This document shows positions 25,837-36,497 of a stretch of 64,000 bases of DNA, in pieces. The DNA lies in the NCBI GenBank assembly GCA_030295235.1, contig AP026125.1, positions 310,001 through 374,000 on the forward strand, in the 5' to 3' direction. Each line of letters opens with the position of its first letter. The first letter of the stretch is position 1. The notes beneath the pieces were generated by a model. That model had not been told where the DNA came from, did not search any database, and saw only the letters and a list, made by a program, of their open reading frames with translations. This DNA is from Fistulifera solaris. Taxonomy: Eukaryota. The position numbers were made by a program, and so were the translations under genes.

Positions 25837-25877
25837 AACACCGATTATAGAAAGTTGTGGGTAGACCAAGGATTTTT

Positions 25878-28800
25878 CTAGCACGGAGGATCAGCCCAAT
25901 ACTCTTTCCACTGCTCATCGCGGCTGTCGCTGGTCTTTGCTTCTTGATCTTCTGTTTCACTTTCAGTTGGTTGCGAAATCTCTGGTGCTTCCGGTGTTTC
26001 CTCTACTGAAACGTTTTCTTGACTCGGTGAGAGTGCAGTGAGGTCATGGTATTCCGCCGTATTAGAAGTGGTTGCGGGTGACGCCCGAAACTGGCTTTTG
26101 CTCAATAAGGATTTCCGCATGGTGTCTTCTTCCTCTTTTGAGGCGTAACCAAGCCAGGCTCGTCGATCTGAACCTTCCTCGTGTTCGTCATCTTTAGTTT
26201 CTTCCTTTCGAGACATAACCTCAAGACTATCAGCTCGGATAGTTCGCCATTTTGAATCGCAATGCAGCGATCTTACACACTCGATTCGCCTAACGTATAT
26301 GTTGGGGATGCTTATTTCATGCGGATCACGCTCAAACTGGAGCTTCTTCACCCTACTTAGAGCTGTCTGGCGAAATCGAGCTATACTCGTCAAGCGATCT
26401 TTTAAAACGTTGTAGCATGTACCTTGAGGGAGAATCATCAGTAAAGTTTTCAGAAGCTTAAATAACATTGTCCCGTTTCCTTCGCCTTCCGCGTCTTCAT
26501 CCTTCTCCAGCATTCGGACGTGTAAATGCCTGTAAAACTAAAGGGTGAGAAAGCTATAAGGTAGGAGCGAGTGTCCGTCTACAGACTCACCGAAAAAGGG
26601 GCGCTCAAGCATTTCAACCACTTTATCAATTTCTAGCAGATTGATGAGATTGATATCAAGCGGGTTGATTGCATTGAGAAATTCTGAAGCTGTTCGATAA
26701 GCTCCGCACCACAAACATAAAGACACAGTTGCCCCAATGTTATGTGAGAACGAATGCAGCAGTAAGTGAAACAATCTGCATCGTTGTTTATCTTCTTCGG
26801 TGACAGGGTCGCTGCAGATTGAATCTTTAAGGACATCACGTAACTGCTTGGCCTCTTGTGCATGTATTAATACGTGACTCATGTGTTGCACAAACGACGA
26901 AACAAAGCGAAGGCCTGCGGACTCGTACTGGATGTCCTGGTTTTCAATTTCTACGGCTTTTGATCTGTGGCGAACGAATCGGTCAATTTCAACCGAAAAT
27001 GAGACAAAAACAAATGCTGGTGGTTGGAGTGTACACATGTACGTAAGAACATGGGAAAAGTTGGCCAAGAGATGCTCGTGAATTGCATGCAGGTCAATCA
27101 ATGCCGAAAAAACTCGCCGGTCTCTTGATTTGAGCAATCGATTGTCTTGATCGAGAACCTGGAGCGCATACTCTACGTTCGACGGTGACATAATGTACTC
27201 GGATTCGTCGCTTATCTCGTCATACGGGCTGGGCAATTCTGCATCAACGGGAGATGAAATAAAAGCATGCCAAGTGGAGGGATCTTCTTCTGGTACAGGA
27301 ATGGTGACTTTTGCCAATACTTCTAAACTCTTTTCGACGGTCATTGCTGAAGGATTGTCATCCAACTGATTGATAATGGCGTATATGAATTCTCGTGCGT
27401 ACTAGATGACAGGAACATCATTTTAGCATTCGAAAATGGAAGACGATGCTTCCGCAAAAGTCTCTTTTTTCAGGGAAAACGTATGCTACATCAACTTACC
27501 TCAGCTTTCAGCGTGGTCGGTACAACATGCTCGTAAAGGACTGTTACCCAGTCTAGCGCGCAAAGTCTCGATTGTATCATTGCTTCATCATTGCGGTCCT
27601 TAGTGTCAGTGCTAGCGCGAAACCAGCCGGGTGCTTCAATCCCATTCCCATCGGTTGTGACATCGGTCCTATACGGTGAACGTTCTAATGCCGGCGGATT
27701 TTTTGCGACCAGTCCACCTGGAGAATCAAGTTCTTCCCTCAAAGCCACAATAAAGGCATCCAAATGCTGAATATAAGAAGCTCCATCTCGACGAACCGCC
27801 TCTTGAAGGTGTTTATTGGTCTGCTCGGCTAGTGCTCTAGTTGTCTGATCCGGTAGAAATGTTTCCTTCGTATTTCCACTGGCTTGGTACGTGTCGCCAA
27901 TACTTTTGGTCGGACGAAAATAGGCGTAAGAATTAAATTAGCAAGAACAGCAAAGAACGATTATCAACGTACCATAGCAAGATTCCCGGCAGAAGATGCG
28001 GAACGGAATTTCTTACGGATACAGAGGCCATGGTGACGGCGTTCGACTTCTCCGCATCGTCCTTATTATCGTTACTGGACTCCTCATGCTCGAAGGTCAT
28101 ATGTGCCTTGACGATCCGCGACATCCAGTACATGGCGACTTTGCGAACAAACGGATCCGGATGCTCCATTCTGTCAGAAAAGAAAGGCGAAAAAGTTAAA
28201 CGGTTAGGGGAGCTTTTTGGAGAACATCGGCACAACTACTTACGTTGTTACCAGACTCTGTAGAATTTTGTCAAAATCCACGCGACTGTTACGGACATCT
28301 TCGTCATCCCCCACCGTATCGATCGCTTGATCCGACGGTGAATGCACGGTCAGCAGCTTCGGTAATACGGATTGCAAAAGGCCAGGGCCGACTGCCGTAA
28401 CGCTACGGTCGGGTCCGCCACCATGTCGAATATGCCCCCGAGAAAAAGGTGCAAATACGGCAAGACGGGTGATCCCACCAATTTCTCATTCAATTCTTGT
28501 AACCAGGTCAAAGTCAATAATTTGGTGGCTTTGTTCCGGATGTGCACGAATCGTGCAAAAACGGGGACACAAGCATCCACCGAAAACGCTCCCGAATTCA
28601 TGGCCGCCAAGATGATTTCCTTGAGTTTTTTGTCCAACAATTCCGCCCCACTCCGGACATCCGCATCAACATCGGCGTACAGGGATCGCAAAATTTCAAA
28701 CAGTATGAAAAAATGCTGCGTCGCCAAATTCGGTAACACTTTGACAACATTGAACAAACTTTCCGTCGCGTAATAACGAACCCGCTGCGAATGATCTTGA

Positions 28801-29612
28801 CACGCATGGACGACACTCGCCAGGATCAAATCTTGACAATCGTCCGACGCTTTTTTCTTAATGCCAATCGCACACGCCGCCAAGGCCACGACACCACCTT
28901 TCCGGGCATCTTCACTCGTCGATCGGACGTAATCGTCCGACAGTAACAACAAGATGGCCCGAACCCGCTCCCATTCCTGTTGGAGGGCCAAACTCCGGAC
29001 GACTTTTTCAATTTCCATGGCCGCCAATCGTCGTCGTTCGTAGCGTTTGTGCGCTAAACTCACTAACACGGCCGGACTGATGGATTGTTGGGAAGATCGT
29101 TTGAGAGATTCGCGTGTTTCGGCCGTCATCGGATCATCATGGTCGTCGTCATAGTGAGCCAACTTCATCATGTCCGAATCAAACAAGGACATGGATTCCA
29201 ACTGTTGTCGGACATTCAGTAACACATCCGGGAGGACTCCCGAACTCAAGTCGCCCGCTGGTGGTCGTGTCTCTTGACTGCTCGAAAGATGATTCAATAC
29301 GGTACGTTTCGATTCGTTCGATCCTTCGGTCGAAATGGCGTACGCTTCGGGGGCGGCAAAGACGTCACTGGTCGCTCGCGCTTTCGAGACGACTCCCGAC
29401 AAGACCGCTTTATCCCATTCGTTGTCGTATTCTTCTTCTTCGGACGAGTCTTTGGACGACTCGTCGTCTTCAGAACTACTACTAAAGGCGGTCGAATTTT
29501 GACGCTGCGAAATTTCCACGGCTTTTTCGTCATTGTGTGAAATGATTTCGTCCGGATGGAGCGTCAAGGCACTCGTTTCCTCCTTCGAAGTTTCACTGGA
29601 TGTCGAAGACAT
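25878..29612 (-). CDS. VAC14: VAC14, scaffold of the PIKfyve/Fab1-FIG4 complex (multi-exon)
   Basis: LAHKRYERRRLAAMEIEK, ARKGGVVALAA, DHSQRVRYYATESLFNVVK, SGAELLDKKLKEI. Fig4-binding C-terminus HNIGATVSLCL…LLEIDKVVEMLERP…LLMILPQ…LKDRL. Confidence 0.92.
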
Positions 29613-29916
29613 ATTAACCAAGGAGAAACGGAAAGAATAATATTATTTCAAATAGAGGAATGATAAGACGATTGAATGAGGAAGAGAGAAAAAAGCAACA
29701 ACAAAAAGGTGCGCCGTTGCGTTCATTTACTTTCTTTTTTACAGTGATAACTCGGGACTGACAAGTCCCATTTCTCCCAATGCGCCGAAACGCTGTCGCA
29801 TTATTTGGCGACAATAAAGCAAAGCATTTCATTATCGTTTCATCAACAATATCAAATACTATCATAATATAGCGCACTCTAACTCCCCTTCGCCCTCGCA
29901 TATTTCATTGCTGCTT

Positions 29917-31287
29917 ATGATACCGAAAACTATTGCTAAAAAGAATGAACCCAAACGAATATCTCGCCTATCCAACATTTTGGTTTGCCTCATGGCCTTT
30001 CTGTTGGGGTGTTTCCTGACGGCTTCCATCCTATTAAATAATAATATTCAGGCCCGATCGGCTGGGCATTCCGTAAAAGAATTTCATACAACAACAAGCT
30101 GTCCCGAAACGACAACAATTGAAAAAAAGGACTTCTCCATTCATTCGATATTACAAAACCAACGTCTTTTGATTGCCATTGCGGCCTATGATTTTTCCCA
30201 AATTCCGCATCTCGAAGAAGTCTTGGATGCGTACCACGATGTGTGTATTGCGGGCGCGGCCCAAGTCGATGTGGTGATTCATGCGACGGTCCCGTATCCA
30301 GTCACATTGTTGGATTTGTGGAATGCCCGGTTTCCCTGTCCCCACTTTTCTTTACAAATCGTTTTGAAACCCGCCTCGTTGCGATTGCATCTCGTGGATT
30401 GTCATCGACAACTCTTTTACGACAATTTGCAGCAGTACGATTTGTTTATTTATTCCGAAGATGATATTCGGGTGACACCCACCACGATTGCGACCTACTG
30501 GTACGAAACGAAACGTCTCGAACAGTATCTTACTACCAGCAAATACCAACCGTCCGACTTTAATATTGGAATCGTACGGTACGAATACAATTATCCCGCC
30601 AATGTCATTATCGATGACAAGACGCGTCACGCGACCCAGAATGTGACCCGCGTCTATTGGGAACATTCGGGATTCCAACGTCCCGTCGTCCCGAATGCCG
30701 TCAAGGATGTCGACCTCGACGTGCAACAACACTACTTTACCATGAGCAATCATCATCAGGGCATGTTCTTGGCGACCCGCGAATTGCTCGCCGCGTGGAA
30801 AACACGGTGCAACTTTCACATTGCTTCCAATCGTCCCGGGAAAGGGGCACAACCCACCGAGGGGACGCAACGCGTCTGGATGAGTTCGCAAATGTTGTAC
30901 GGTTGTCGACACGGATGTTGCGTTCAACAGTTGTTACCGAAAGAACGTTCGTTTGGGGCTTTGACGGTATTGCATCTGCCCAACAAAAATTATCGGCGGG
31001 TCGGGAAATACCGACAACGCGAATTTGCGGATGGGACCGAAGTCTTTCAACAACCGAGCTCGACATTGCTCACGGACATGGAACTGCATCTGAGTATGCG
31101 GAAAGCATGGCCGCCGGAACCACAAGTCCCCTACCGAGGTATCCGCATGGTGGATGAAGTCGAACAGCCACGGGACCGGAATGCATTGTTGGAGCGTCGG
31201 ATGAAGGAATATCGTGATTACGTAGAGCGCGGTGGTGTACTGAGTGACTACGATTTCACTCGAACCGAATTGGTGGAAGAAAGGTAG
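29917..31287 (+). CDS. Type II membrane protein, probable GT-A glycosyltransferase
   Basis: Single N-terminal TM (ILVCLMAFLLGCFLTASILL), a stem region, and YDLFIYSEDDI (DxD-like acidic motif after a beta strand). Confidence 0.6.
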   Translation: MIPKTIAKKNEPKRISRLSNILVCLMAFLLGCFLTASILLNNNIQARSAGHSVKEFHTTTSCPETTTIEKKDFSIHSILQNQRLLIAIAAYDFSQIPHLEEVLDAYHDVCIAGAAQVDVVIHATVPYPVTLLDLWNARFPCPHFSLQIVLKPASLRLHLVDCHRQLFYDNLQQYDLFIYSEDDIRVTPTTIATYWYETKRLEQYLTTSKYQPSDFNIGIVRYEYNYPANVIIDDKTRHATQNVTRVYWEHSGFQRPVVPNAVKDVDLDVQQHYFTMSNHHQGMFLATRELLAAWKTRCNFHIASNRPGKGAQPTEGTQRVWMSSQMLYGCRHGCCVQQLLPKERSFGALTVLHLPNKNYRRVGKYRQREFADGTEVFQQPSSTLLTDMELHLSMRKAWPPEPQVPYRGIRMVDEVEQPRDRNALLERRMKEYRDYVERGGVLSDYDFTRTELVEER

Positions 31288-31336
31288 AAAGATCAGTAAT
31301 GAAAAAAAAACGGATTTTTGAGTTTTAATAGACAAT

Positions 31337-33507
31337 TTATGCAAGCTTTCGGCTGCGGCTGACTTTCGTTTTGATACCGGTACTTTCTCCACCGTATTTG
31401 TGTCCTTCGTCTTGTCGAATTTCCCGCACCGCACCCTTTCGACGCACGAGTGCTTTCTTGTACTGCAGGCGCTTCTTGACTCGAGGATTTCGATTGATTT
31501 TCGCTTTGTGAGCAACCAAGCCTCTGTTCTTCATAATGTGCGAGCTGATGGCACGCTCGCCTTCCACAACAGAATCCATGCGTGGGAATTTCGGTGCAAC
31601 GGCATAGCGAGCCTTGCGCTCTGCTTTCGCAGTCTTTGATTTCTTGGCGACTTGTTCATAAAATCCCATCTCGTCATCAGTGTCTCGTTCTGGATCAAAG
31701 CTGGCTTGATCGGACCCATCGTCACTATTCTTATCAAAGTCTTTTCCAAGTTCCTCCTCCATCATTTCAAGTCCACGGCGTAAAGCATCGTCAGCTTCTT
31801 GAGTCTCATCAATAATATCAGGGAGTTGAGATGTCTTCTTTCTCGACGTCTTCTGCTCAATAGTATTCAACGTTGCAGCCAACGACTGTCGTGCTGCCTT
31901 CTGAATACCTTCATCCACCGCTTCGATTTCTCCAAAATCGACAGCTCTGCGCTTGCGATGCTGGCCAGCTTTAGTTGACTGACTGATCTCAGAATGTCGT
32001 AATCCAAATCTGGCTTCCGTTTGAACCCGACGCTCTTCTTTTGCAGACTCGTGTGTCGACACTGATTGGTCATCTTCATCCGACGACGCTGTCTCTATCA
32101 AAGCAGGCCTCTTTGGCGATACTAATTCACCTTCGTTGTCACTGATAATTCTTTGCTCGACTGGCTCATCTTCAGACTCCGCAGAGTCCTCCATTTCCGG
32201 GCTAGCATCTACTAATTTGGCCGCCTCGGCTATATTAGCTAGCTGCTTCGTTAGCCCCGGCACTTTATTCTCTACATATTCTTCGAGCTTGTCCGATAGC
32301 GAATTCAGCTTTTGCAGCCTCGCCATCACCGGGTGGCTTTGAATGAGAGACGATTCCGCATCAAGTTGATCGGAATTCAGATCCTCTTTTTGAGTAAAAG
32401 ATACATGGTCAAGTTCAATGCAGAAGAAGCCTGTAACATTGCTTTTGCAAGAAGATACCGCTTTCCGGCGGTAGTAGCACCGACAGCCTGTCGTCACAAA
32501 ACATTGCAAGAGAATGCAAGCATGAGTAAGAATCAATTTTTAAAAATGTCGAAGCCGACCAAGCGAACAATGTCACTGCCATGGCATGCTCGTAGGATAA
32601 ATATGGCTTAATCAGTATTGTAGCACCACTTTTCTGCCAAAGTATCACAAATGCAAGCATCTATACTCTAGCCTATCATGGGTGCAAACACATCGCACGA
32701 TTTGAGCACGAGCGTTATACTTACATCAGCAGCATCCTTCTCTCCTTCAAATAAAGCTTTTGCGGCAGGATTAGTCCTTTCATCAAACTCTTTTGCGGCA
32801 CCAGAAAAGTACGAAATAAGTGGAAGAATCTCAGGGTGTTGTTTGTCAAGAAGCTTTTTTCTCTCCTTGGTGGAGAGTTTGTGAACATCGCGGGACGATG
32901 AAAGCTTCTCGATGTCCCCACTCTGTTTGTTTTCTTCCTTCTGTTGTTCCGAATCTGACAATTCGAAATCATCATCCGACATTTCTTCATAGCGCGCTCG
33001 CTGTACTTCCTTCGCAGCCTCCTCTTCAAGATAAGCATCATCGATTTCTTGACCAATTTCCAAATCAGCAGTATCACCGTGATAATACGCCTTTTTATTC
33101 CTACCCCAGTTTCGAACATCCTGCATTTCTTCCTCCTCTTCTTCTTCATCCGACGAAGACACACTCACTTCCGCATCGTTGTCGGAAGACAAATCGGCTT
33201 CCTCCTTCTCTTGCAAATCGCTGTCATCGTCGGATGGTTCATCACTAGTAGTGCTGGCATCCGTATCATCGTCTCCCCCCAATCCCAGATCCATGACCGC
33301 CTCCTTCTCCTCATCCTCCTCACTATCACATTGTGCGTTATCGAGTTTCATGAATTCTTCCTCCTTTTGGTTGTGGTAGCGGTCAACTTTGGTGTACATG
33401 GGATCGTCGTCATCGTCACTTTCATTCGTTCGTTCGAACGACTGCTTCTTTCCTTTACCAGACACGGCTTTGTCACCCGTCTTAACGGTGTTGCGGCGTT
33501 TTCCCAT
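31337..33507 (-). CDS. UTP3: SSU processome component SAS10/UTP3 (multi-exon)
   Basis: WGRNKKAYYHGD, HPEILPLI, SHPVMARL and the Sas10 C-domain RAISSHIMKNRGL…NRNPRVKKRLQYKKA…YGGESTGIK…RSRKL. Confidence 0.93.
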
Positions 33508-33605
33508 TCTTCAGGCTATTGTCGGGTATTCTGATAGAATAATCAGTGTACACTTGATTTATTCCAATTATTCTAGCATCATAAGTTTTGTGGCGTTTTT
33601 CTTTA

Positions 33606-33627
33606 GGGGGGGGGGGGGGGGGGGGGG
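33606..33627. repeat. Poly-G tract (22 nt) about 100 nt upstream of the UTP3 start
   Basis: G22 seen directly in the sequence. Confidence 0.9.
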
Positions 33628-33921
33628 ATTATTTTTTCTTTGTGCGACGCGATGATTGGAAGCCATGAGAGTGTGGCAACGGACAGACGGATGTTCGGGA
33701 TTGGAAGGAAACACGAATGAAATAGGCCACGTCATTGCGCTTCGAGTAAGCAAGGAGTAAGGCAATCAACTAACTCAGACTAGACACTTAATTTTTATAA
33801 TAAGGAAATAAATGGAGTCTACCTAGGACGGATCTATCTCAGTGCTAGCTTCAGGCCTGTGTTTGTAAAGTGAAAACCATCAAACACGCAAATCATTCGG
33901 AGTTCTACAGAAGAATTTCCT

Positions 33922-34179
33922 TTACTTGTGCCACGAGGGAGCATCCTGAAACAATCCCTCTTTTTGGATCAAAATCTCAACTTTGGACACAGGAGCCTGT
34001 ACTTGCGTGGTTTGTTGAAACGCACCCGTCGTTCGGGGAGCGGCATACGCAAACACCTGCGGCGCCAGCAGGCAGTCGACCATGTGTTCCGCTTGCGCCA
34101 ATTCGGAGGTCATGGCACGAGCGAGGTCCTTTTCAAATGCAGGCATTGACAATTTGGAGATGATTTGACGAAGTGCCAT
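33922..34179 (-). CDS. Possible small hypothetical protein (85 aa)
   Basis: ATG after an A-rich leader like those of real genes here; protein-like composition (MALRQIISKLSMPAFEK…); no homology recognised. Confidence 0.35.
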   Translation of the reverse strand: MALRQIISKLSMPAFEKDLARAMTSELAQAEHMVDCLLAPQVFAYAAPRTTGAFQQTTQVQAPVSKVEILIQKEGLFQDAPSWHK

Positions 34180-34527
34180 CGTTTTTTTTTGTTAAAGCAT
34201 ACAGGAAAAGAATCAAAAGTTGCGTTGTGTCGACAATGAGAAAGCAACGCCTTTCGAACTCTTTTTCCTCTCCGCGATCGAGTATTGTCCGTTGTGAACC
34301 ACTCAGACATATCTGCATACTGTCACGAGCCAGTCTCAGACTACTACCAGTACGTATTACAAAAACAGTTCCCTGTCGCAGAGAGTTCGAAAACGAAAAG
34401 CCGCACCACTTTTTTCTTGTTTTTTTTTTTTTTCAGCCTAGTCGGCGGCCACCTATTCTTGTCGATAAGGGCGGTTGCTGTGTCTATTCTTCCTACGAAA
34501 TCACTATACATACGAAATCATACAAGC

Positions 34528-35212
34528 ATGACTACCAGCGGACCCGATCCGGCTGTATTAGATGCTATTCAAAATAGAGGAAATGCTGTAGTCTTTTTGG
34601 ATGTGGCCATGGAGGACGTGCCGTTGGGTCGCATCAAATTGGAGCTATTTGTGCAAGATGTACGTTCTATCCATGAAATTTGAGGAACTGGATCAATCTC
34701 ACGATTCTTGCCGACAGTGCCCCAAGACATGCGAAAACTTTCGACAATTCTGCACGGGAGAATTTCTGCAAAACGAGCAGCCGATCGGATATAAAGGAAG
34801 CACGTTCCATCGCATCATCAAATCGTGTAAGTAAGAAATCGACGGCTTCTTTTGCTTCTTTTCTGTATCATCTCACTCTTGTACTACAGTCATGATTCAG
34901 GGAGGAGACTTTGTGCACCACGATGGCACGGGCAAAATGAGCATCTACGGACCCTCCTTTGCCGATGAAAATTTTCAACATCTTCACGATCAACCCGGTT
35001 TGCTCAGTAGCGCCAATTCGGGTCCGAATACGAACGGATGCCAATTTTTCATCACATGCGGAAAAGCGGATTGGTTGGATGGAAAACACACCGTATTCGG
35101 CAAAGTGTTGGATGCGGAAAGTATGTTAACGGTACGAAAGATTGAAAATGCCCCCGTCCATGGGACCGAACCGCGAATACCCATCAAAATTGTGGAATGC
35201 GGTGAATTATAA
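34528..35212 (+). CDS. PPIH: Cyclophilin-type PPIase, PPIH (U4/U6 snRNP)-like, 3 exons
   Basis: [36 protein letters not shown]…[42 protein letters not shown]…WLDGKH. Confidence 0.88.
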
Positions 35213-35380
35213 AGGGAGAAAGGAACGACGACGACTGTTCTTATACTGTTTTTGGGGTGAATATTTGGTGGCTTTTACTGAAACTAGCTAGCTAGCTAGG
35301 AGCTACGACCAGGTTAAGTGAGAAAGAAAGGAGGCTATATAACTGCGCACAGAAGTCATTTACTCGTTTCGGTGATGTTG

Positions 35381-35863
35381 TTAGTTACCCTTCTTTCCAC
35401 CTTTCACAAAGGTCGTCATATCAACATCCTCATCGTATTCGATTTTGGATTTCTTTCCGCCGCTACTTTTTCGTTCTTGCGCCAATCGATTCTTGACACG
35501 ATTTTTTGGCTTTACTGGCCTGTTTTGCCGCTTCTTGTGCTTTTGCGGCATCCTTCTCTTCTTCTTCACCGACAATATCCAAAATGGCGGTTTCATCCAA
35601 ATGCGTCAGTTGATTGTCTTTTCGCGCCTGTAGCTGCGACCGTATTTGAAATACCACAAAGGCAATGGCAACTCCCGCTACACTCACTTGGAACGGCAGA
35701 AATTTGAAATAGGCCTATTATGGAGCGGTGAGAGAAGAATTACGGGAGAATAGGAACGAACCGATGGAATTATCCTTACGTAAATCGAGCACACGGCAAT
35801 GAGCGGCATCGAGAATGCGAGATTCTCTGTCGTTAAAAAGATATTACCCCCATCGGAAGGCAT
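35381..35863 (-). CDS. Small hypothetical membrane protein (2 exons) with basic/acidic C-terminal tail
   Basis: Exon 1 MPSDGGNIFLTTENLAFSMPLIAVCSIY, intron gtaagg…atag, exon 2 AYFKFLPFQVSVAGVAIAFVVFQIR…; 1-nt shift near 35500. Confidence 0.6.
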
Positions 35864-36497
35864 GGTTCTGTTTCTGTGTGTTGTTGTAGACGTTTACGGT
35901 GATTACAAGTCGAAATTTCTTATTCAATCATCGATGAAATAAACAATGATGCTCAGCAATAGCGAGGCAATAATGATAAAAAGATCGCGAGCATCGATCT
36001 TACGCGAAGCGATCGGATACGGTAGCGGTGCGGTACCGGTGCGTTACAAGATCGACTTTTTGACATATTCGTAAACTTCCTTGAGTGCCGGATGCAAATA
36101 ACGCAGGACTCGGAGTCACGAATGTATCTTCCTCCATCGAAATTTCGTTCGTCCCTTCGCTTTTCCGGATGTGTCCTGACCTCGGACAGACACTATACCT
36201 GAAAGAGTAGTATCGGCGGCGAATTTGCGCCACGTGATTTTTGCGCAGGTTGTTCTTTTGTCTCTCGGCAACAACTTCATCATGGCCTCTGAAATTTCGC
36301 TTTCCATCATCATAAAATCTTTTGGATTGCCTTGTGAGAAAACCGAAAATTCAATCCGATTGGAGTGTTTCTCTTCTTCTAATAGCAAAGAGAACATTGG
36401 AAATTGGTGGACTCAAGAGGCAACGAACGTCTGTTGGGGAATTCATTGTTTGATACCTTCTTTTCGTTTCCAGACTCGGTTTCGTTCGTCACTGCTC

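Noticed and set aside
30352..31515. Long antisense and alternative-frame ORFs here and over ValRS, NOT3, GOGAT, MCM4 and HSP70
   Set aside because: Shadow ORFs caused by codon bias of the real genes, with no independent protein signal.
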